From Octopus vulgaris (taxonomy: Eukaryota), in the NCBI GenBank assembly GCA_951406725.2, contig OX597829.1, positions 21,080,001 through 21,144,000 of the forward strand: 64,000 bases of DNA. Reading direction: 5' to 3'. A program made the translations under genes and the position numbers. The number at the start of each line of letters is the position of its first letter. Position 1 is the stretch's first letter. Positions 55,606-64,000 of this stretch are shown here, piece by piece. A model generated the notes under the pieces. The model searched no databases. It was not told where the DNA came from and saw nothing but the letters and a program-made list of their open reading frames with translations.

Positions 55606-56060
55606 GTTAGTTAGTTAGTTAGTTAATTTTTTGGCTCAAAAAGCAAAAAGCAAGGCCATGTAGGGGGACATGGAGTTATGTACAGGGTGGTGTTCATGTA
55701 AAGAGTTCAAGCTACTTGAGGTCAAGGGAGACTTTGAACAAAGCGGTCGTCGGCATCTTCACCATCTCGTCTGGCAGCTTGTTCGACGGATCCGCAACCC
55801 GGACGGAGAAAGCCCCTCTCCTTCGATTGAGATGAAATCGTCGCAGGTAGAGCTTTTCGGAATGACCCCGCAGCCGACGCTCTGGAGCAGGAGTGAAGAA
55901 CAGCTCTTTCGAGAGGTTACACTTTCCGCTTATGATGTTGTGAGCGAGAATGAGATCACCACGGCGGCAGCGTTTTTCTAGAGAATAAAGGTCGAGCGTC
56001 TTTAGCCTTTCTTCATAAGACAAATTCTTGAGACCGTGAACCATGCGGGTAGCCAGCTTC
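55606..56060 (-). mobile_element. Young 5'-truncated CR1-type LINE end with (AACT)n tail
   Basis: ORF GLKNLSYEERLKTLDLYSLEKRCRRGDLI...RLRGHSEKL...FSVRV; CpG-rich; TTAG repeats 55606-55624. Confidence 0.85.
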
Positions 56061-57391
56061 TGGACTCATCCCTCTATGATCATGGATCTCTAGCATTCTT
56101 GATCCTAAGTATTTTTCTCCCAGTTCTCAGTGTCAGTATCACATTTCTGTCGGCTTTCAAGGGATCTTTGAATTTTTCCTTTTGCTCTCCACTTCTTTGT
56201 TTTCTTTCTTTTAGCTGGGAGTAGAGAAGTTGCTTAGTGGTTCCCAAATTGGGTCCATAACTAGGACTGCATTACAGTGACTGCTCCTTTCTTCATGGCC
56301 AGAAGTTACATCAGCTGCCAACAATTACTGAAGTATTAAAAGGTTCAAGTGAGGCCCACAGTGAAGCATCACACTCACATCTTCATTAGTACTGTTATGA
56401 TACACCAATTTTCTAGAGCATGTCTGGAGAAGAGTTAGCCAGCTGATTGGCATAAAGTTATTCATAGATACACTTCAGCCTTTGGTTTGCACATGTACTG
56501 CCACCTCTCTCTGCCATTTTTACTGCCATTATAACTCAGGCATTCACCTAGCTACCAATTTTAAAATTTATTGTGCTGTCATCTTTCTATCTCTCTCCTG
56601 TGGTGTAGAAACTTGAACAGTGTATCAACTTTATGCTATAAAGTGGAATTATTTCCGCATATCTTACTTCAGGAAGATTCTAAGCAAAAGAAGGCAGAAT
56701 AAAATTTCCAGTAAAGAGATTCTTGGGTGTGACAATATCCCCCAGTTTGTCTAGTAAAATGAAGCAAATCCAGCAGTGTTAGGCTGGACAAGTTGTCGGA
56801 ATATCTGACTATACAAAGACAAAAGTAAGCTTTTGAGCTTACAAATGGAAGGTGCAACTGTAAAGTGCACCCAAGACTGTAAAATGAACCTAAACTTTTG
56901 GGAAGCTATTGTACAAGCAAGGACTGCATGGAAGGAAGTCAGCATTAGGTGCTTAAAGGAATTTGTATCTTAAACTGCTAAAGCAGATGCCTGAAGAGAA
57001 GTTCATAAACCACACCCTAACAGCCTTTGATATAAAGGAACATCAATGTACAGTGTGTGGACTAAGAAAAACACTTCTCTATCAGAACAAGCCTTCTCCG
57101 TCAGAGCAGGACCTATAAACATACAGCGCTATTTAGTTTCATAAATGTTATGTCACGTTAGGTGAGGCCAATTTTCCTTTTTTCCTTTGCAAAAAGCATA
57201 AACAAATTTTGAAGGATGAAACCATATGTGAACATAAGATATAAAACATCAATAAATAAGAAAATAATATGCAGAAAATAAATTCACTACAACTGAATAT
57301 TACTGATGGAAATGTCTCTCTTTATCATCCTTTCTGTCTCACTCACATAGAAACATGCACTTATATATACTTATATGTCTCTCTCTCTCTC

Positions 57392-57428
<37 letters not shown>

Positions 57429-57507
57429 TTTGATTTTGATTTTTGATTTTTCTAGTTTCAGCTAATGAGCTGTGGCCATGCTGGGGCACCGCCATATATA
57501 TATATAT

Positions 57508-57762
57508 AATAATTATTATTAAAATTATAATTTAGGGTATCTACGAGATACTGCCACACTGGAAATAGCAGCCAAAACTTAACTCTAAAACCACATTAAA
57601 TGTTCATACAGCACCAGGAGAGAAGACAAAAAGACAAAATAAACTAGCCAAAAATTACTGGATATTTCCAGATCCCGGATTTCTGACTTTGCATAAGAAA
57701 TGCTTTGCCTCTTCAGTGGAATATATGCAGAAAGTAACATAAATACACATATATATACACAC

Positions 57763-57845
<83 letters not shown>

Positions 57846-58110
57846 CATTGTCTTCTCTCCCGGTGCTGTATGAACATTTAATGTGGTTTTAGAGTCAGGT
57901 TTTGGCTGCTATTTCCAGCGTGGCAGTATCTCGTAGATACCCTAAATTATAATTTTAATAATAATTATTACCTTTGAAGGTTTTTATTCCCATGCTGGCC
58001 ACTTGATAAGATCGATATTTAAATTAAGAGAGGAGTGGACAGTGTGCTGTGACCAGCGGTGTCAAATGGATGCCTGATGGACTGGTCGGTCAAGGTGATC
58101 AAGGTGATAT
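57508..58110. mobile_element. Fold-back hammerhead element with central (CA)/(TA) tract
   Basis: Inverted arms 57508-57629 and 57848-57968; TA runs outside and in the middle. Confidence 0.8.
57666..57721 (-). ncRNA. Type I hammerhead ribozyme (AUC site)
   Basis: Minus strand TTCCA-CTGAAGA-GGCAAAGCATTTCTTATGCAAAGTCA-GAAAT-CCGGG-ATC-TGGAA. Confidence 0.75.
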
Positions 58111-58119
58111 ATATATATC

Positions 58120-58335
58120 GTCTGGCACCTGTGTCGGTGGCACATAAAAAACACCATCCGAGCGTGGCCGTCTGCCAGCCTCGTCTGGCACCTGTGTCGG
58201 TGGCACATAAAAAACACCATCCGAGCGTGGCCGTCTGCCAGCCTCGTCTGGCACCTGTGTCGGTGGCACATAAAAAACACCATCCGAGCATGGCCGTCTG
58301 CCAGCCTCGTCTGGCGTCTGTGTCGGTGGCACATA
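58120..58335 (+). repeat. 63-bp tandem repeat (~3.5 copies) within an RTE-tail repeat
   Basis: GTCTGGCACCTGTGTCGGTGGCACATAAAAAACACC unit recurs every 63 bp. Confidence 0.9.
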
Positions 58336-58499
58336 AAATCACCCACTACACTCTCGGAGTGGTTGGCGTTAGGAAGGGCATCCAGCTGTAGAAACACTGC
58401 CAGATCTGACTGGCCTGGTGCAGCCTTCGGGCTTGCCAGACCCCAGTTGAACCGTCCAACCCATGCTAGCATGGAAAGCGGATGTATGATGATGATGAT

Positions 58500-59699
<1,200 letters not shown>

Positions 59700-60253
59700 T
59701 ATGCATGTGTATTTATATATAAATACATATATTATCTGCGTGCGTGTGTGTATGTGTGTTTGTGTGTGTGACAGAGAAAGAGGAGAAAGAGAGAGAGAGG
59801 GAGAAGAAAGAAAGAAAGAAAGATAGAAAACCAATTGTATTAGTAATGATGAACTGTAATATATCATTTAATAATTTTTTCATTTATTGATATTTTTTTT
59901 TTCAATATATTAACGAACATTTTTCTGTGAAATAAGGCCATGTTAAAATCTTGACAAAATTTACAGAAAAGAGTAGATGTTGAAAAGAAACATATAGGAA
60001 GAAGGAAAATAAATGCATAGATCCACAAAGACACCCACTGAAACATACAATGTGAGATAAATCCACTCACACACACACAGACACATACACTCATTCATAC
60101 ATATGCATACATATATAAAAATATTTAGAGCAATACATACAATATTTATTACAATATCATATTATGATTAAAGTAAACAAAAAATTGGTGAGGAGCCAAA
60201 ACAACAACAAAAAAAAAAGAATGATACAATAGACAAGCTCCTTAATTACTCAC

Positions 60254-60274
60254 CTACTATATCATTGGGTGGGT
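60254..60274 (-). CDS. Candidate 21-nt micro-exon
   Basis: Minus strand reads CTAAT branch-like motif, CTCTTCCTTCCAG acceptor, 21 nt, GTGAGT donor. Open only in phase 1 (xPPNDIV). Confidence 0.4.
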
Positions 60275-60743
60275 CTGGAAGGAAGAGTAGACATTAGTAA
60301 AACTGTTCCCAAAAAACAAATATTTACTACACACACATATTTGACAAGAAAAAATTTACTAATTGAACGAAATATTTCTATTAAATACTTAGAATAAGCA
60401 ACAACATAATACAAATAATAAGTAAAAAGTACTAAAAGTGTTCTTTGTAAACAATTTTTATACCAGGGTTTTAGGAAATTAAAAAAGAAAAAAAAAACAC
60501 TTTAAAACATACAGAGTATTCTAAAAAGTCAATTTTCTATCTATTTATTCTTTTATCCTTGTATTTGGTTCAGTCATTTGAGTACTGCCTCTAGTCAAAC
60601 AAATCGACCCCAAAACTTATTCTTTGTAAGCCTAGTACTTATTCTATCAGTCTCTTTTACTGAACTGCTAAGTTATGGGGACATAAACACACCAACATCG
60701 GTTGTCAAACAATGGTGGTGGTGGTAGGACAAACATAGACACA

Positions 60744-60778
<35 letters not shown>

Positions 60779-60961
60779 TCCCTGTTGACTACCTGAAATT
60801 ATCATTAATGTGATTTTTATCCTTATTTTACGTACACACACACACACACATATATAATGGGTTTCTTTTGTTAGTCTGGTGCATGTGTTATTAATATTGG
60901 TGTAATGACTCTCTCCGGACACAACAAAATATATACAACTACACACACACACACACACACA

Positions 60962-63135
60962 CATGCTGATGACCTTGCTCTTATTGCAGAATCTTTAGCA
61001 GAATTGGATAAGAAATTCCAGGTATGGAAACAAAACCTGGAATCAAAGGGCCTTAAAGTCAACCTAGCTAAGACAAAAGTGGTTGTTAGTAAGAAAGAAG
61101 ATAAAACACTCTTTCCATCAGGTAAATGGCCCTGCTCAATATATAGGAAAGGAGTTGAAAGAAATTCCATTTATTGCACCTAGTGTAAACTATGGATACA
61201 TAAGAGATGCAGTGGTATCACAGGTAGATTGACAGATAAAATCATCTTTGTATGTGGCAGATGTGCAGGAACAATAAGCACTAAGAGCACACAGGAATTA
61301 GATTCTCTCAAATATCCAGGAGGCTCTCTTGAGGTTGTAAATAGTATCTGTTACCTAGGTGACCAAATTAGCAATGGTGGAAGATGCTCTGAAAATATTG
61401 TTTCTAGAATAAGAATTGGTAGGAGGAAGTTCAGTGAGCTATTTAGCTCTGTTGGCAACAAACAGATTCTCTCTCAGAGTGAAAGGTAGACTACATGATG
61501 TTTGTGTGCGAATGGCTATAATCCATGGTAGTGAGATATGGGCTCTGAATGGAGAAGACATCGGTAGACTGGAGAGAAACAAAGGTAGTATGCTCCGTTG
61601 GATGTGCAACATTGGTGCATATGTACGGCAAAGTGCAAATGTATTGAGAGAAAAGTTGGGCATAAGAGGAATCAAATGTAGCATGCAAGAGAAAAGACTA
61701 CATTGGTTTGGACATGTGATGTGTGTGAATGAAAACAGCTGCATGAAGAAGTGCCGATCACTGAAAGTGGATGGTACCCATGGAAGAGGGAGACCCAGGA
61801 AGACATGGGATGAAGTGGTAAGAACTGATCTCAGGAAGTTGGGCCTCTTGGAGGAAATGTCAATGGACCAAGATGTCTAGCGATATGAAGTTCTTGAGAA
61901 GACCTACCCATGTCAGAAAAACTGAGTTTTAGAAGCATTGTGTATCCCACCCACACTTAACAAGAAAACTTCTCACACACTCTACCACAACAAACCAAAC
62001 TATGTCTCTACATCTCTTCTCTTCCCTCAATATTTCTGCTTCATGTACTATGTTTACCTCCCACTCCCCAGTCCTGTCCTCTTGGCCCTGTGCCACTGTA
62101 TCATTGCTCTCCCTTAGTCCCTAACCTGTGTATTCCACCTACACATCCTGTCTCACTGTATTACTGCTATCTGCTGGCCCCCCCGACCTGTGTGTTCCAC
62201 CCACACATAACAAGAAAACTTTTCACTCACCCTACCCCAACAAACCAATCTACATCTCCACAACTCTTCTCTTCCTCACATTTCTTCCTTCATACACTAT
62301 GCCTAACTCTCACTCCCCAACCCTGTCCTCACAGCCCTGTTCCTGTGTACCATTGCTCTCTGGTAGCTGCCTGACTCTATATATGCCCAGTTTTTTCCCC
62401 CTCCCCTCTCTTTAATCACACTTTCTTCGCAATATCCTGCCACTTATATTATTGCATTTTGGACCTCAAGTGTATGCCCTGGCACTTGCCACAACCTATA
62501 TTTCTCTCTTCCTTTACTCAACCATCCCATTTATATTCTGATCCCTGTCCCTTGTGAGTATACTTGGTATTTTGCTATCATCTTTATCATACTGTCTCCC
62601 ACTCTCTCTCTCTCCTTCTCCTGGGCTTCCCTCAGGTTGGGTAACCATGTATTTCCCATGTGGTAGCGCACTTGTTTCTGTCTTCATTCCTAATCTCTCT
62701 CTCTCTTTCTCCAGCCAGGTAACCTTTTACTTCCTCTACAGCAAGACACCTGTTTCTGTCTCTCTGTCTCACTATAACCTTTCATCATCCGACACAATGT
62801 CTCCTCCCCTCTTTTCTTTGTCTTGCAAGTACTTGGTGACCCTGTCAGTGCAGGTGCCACTTAAAAGCACCCAGTCTACACTGTAAAGTGGCTGATGTTT
62901 GGAAGTGCATCCAGCTGTAAAAACCTTGCCAAAACTGACCTTGCCTGTGCTTGTGCTATGTAAAAAGCACTAAGTCCACTCTGCTGAGTGGTTGATGTTA
63001 GGAAGGGCATCCAGCTGTAAAAATCCTGCCAAAACAGTCACAGAAGTCTGCTGCAGACTTCTTCCTGACTGGCTCTAGTCAAACCATCCCACCCATGCCA
63101 GCATGGAAGGTGGATGTTAAATGATGACAATGATT
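60962..63135 (+). mobile_element. 5'-truncated RTE LINE with long 3' UTR and GAT-type tail
   Basis: ADDLALIAES...GLKVNLAKTK, RLHWFGHV, GRGRPRKTWDEVV; 3' end shared with many short copies. Confidence 0.9.
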
Positions 63136-63911
63136 ATAAATATATATATATATATATATATTACCGATTGGTAAAATCAGCCATAATGGATATATAATAC
63201 TGTACACTGATAAATATATTTACTTACATATACATACATATATACACACACATGCATATTTATATATATATACACACACATGCCTACTCATTTGTCTTGT
63301 ATTCCACAAAGCCTTTCTTTATAACTTATCAACACTTCCTTTTACTGGCAACTTCAGTATTCTTGCTGTCCTTAACAGTTATTATGATTAAAACTAGGAA
63401 ACCAATTTTTCTTGTTCTTTAAGTCTTCCACTATCATTGTAGTTATATATATATATATATAAAAAAACTATAAAATATATCATTTTTAATCAATGGAAAA
63501 TGTATATCTACAAATAAAAACAAACCAAAAATAAACTGAAGAAACACAAAAAGAAATCAAATTATAGAGATAGCTGGATAAACTTTTTTGTTGTCTCTGG
63601 AACAAGACACATGAAATAAAAGAGGAATACCGTTGCATCATTGTACAACAGTACATTTGAGAACAAAAATAACATCCACAAGAACAACATTAGCAGAAAT
63701 AATAACAAAATCTCAGTATTTCCATATATGGAACTGATGAGTAGTAGTGGAAATTAGTTTTAATAAGAGAGGACTAAGATCAATAGTCTTCAGTTTCACC
63801 AGCATTCTCTGAGAGAAAAAGGAAGATAAATCTACAACCATAATTAAGGATTTCCTGGAATGAAAAATGATTAAGAAAATATTGAAAAATGTTTAATCCT
63901 TTTAAACTTAC

Positions 63912-64000
63912 AGAATCTTCCCCATGTGTTTTGGAGTCTGCACTGGTCTCCTCATGCAGACTAGGTTTATCCACCGAACTTGAGTCTTTCACAGAAGTTG
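63912..64000 (-). CDS. Internal exon (cut by window edge), probably of the same acidic protein gene
   Basis: Only open frame is TSVKDSSSVDKPSLHEETSADSKTHGEDS, followed by a GTAAGT donor (plus-strand ACTTAC 63906-63911). Phase 0, compatible with the 40791 exon. Confidence 0.65.

Noticed and set aside
58120-58335. Possible CRISPR-like array
   Set aside because: Units repeat over their whole length with no unique spacers, inside a retroposon tail in eukaryotic DNA.

Overview
AT-rich, microsatellite-dense eukaryotic DNA. The repeat landscape suggests a coleoid cephalopod (Octopus-like); this is inference, not a database result. Host genes: the last two coding exons of DFFB/CAD (caspase-activated DNase; + strand, 1922-2196 and 4147-4339, both absent from the ORF track), and the 3' part of a convergent minus-strand gene with an acidic low-complexity C-terminus (exons near 63912-64000 and 40459-40791, plus candidate micro/alternative exons). 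The rest is transposon debris: RTE and CR1/L2 LINEs, mariners, several SINE families, a piggyBac-type MITE, a solo LTR, an ORF1-only retroelement and a Penelope-like GIY-YIG remnant. Most long ORFs in the track are microsatellite translations. The main signal is about ten long inverted repeats embedded in or beside (TA)n tracts, from several unrelated sequence families. Nearly all carry a type I hammerhead ribozyme motif, often with a palindromic stem III; 4 motifs are essentially intact and about 8 are degenerate. At 13.2-14.1 kb the 507-nt repeat unit begins at the hammerhead cleavage site and folds back through a short microhomology. A tRNA-headed SINE shares its 3' tail with one of these elements. 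This points to a ribozyme-processed, (TA)n-targeted, Penelope-dependent set of non-autonomous retroelements that may include a SINE.
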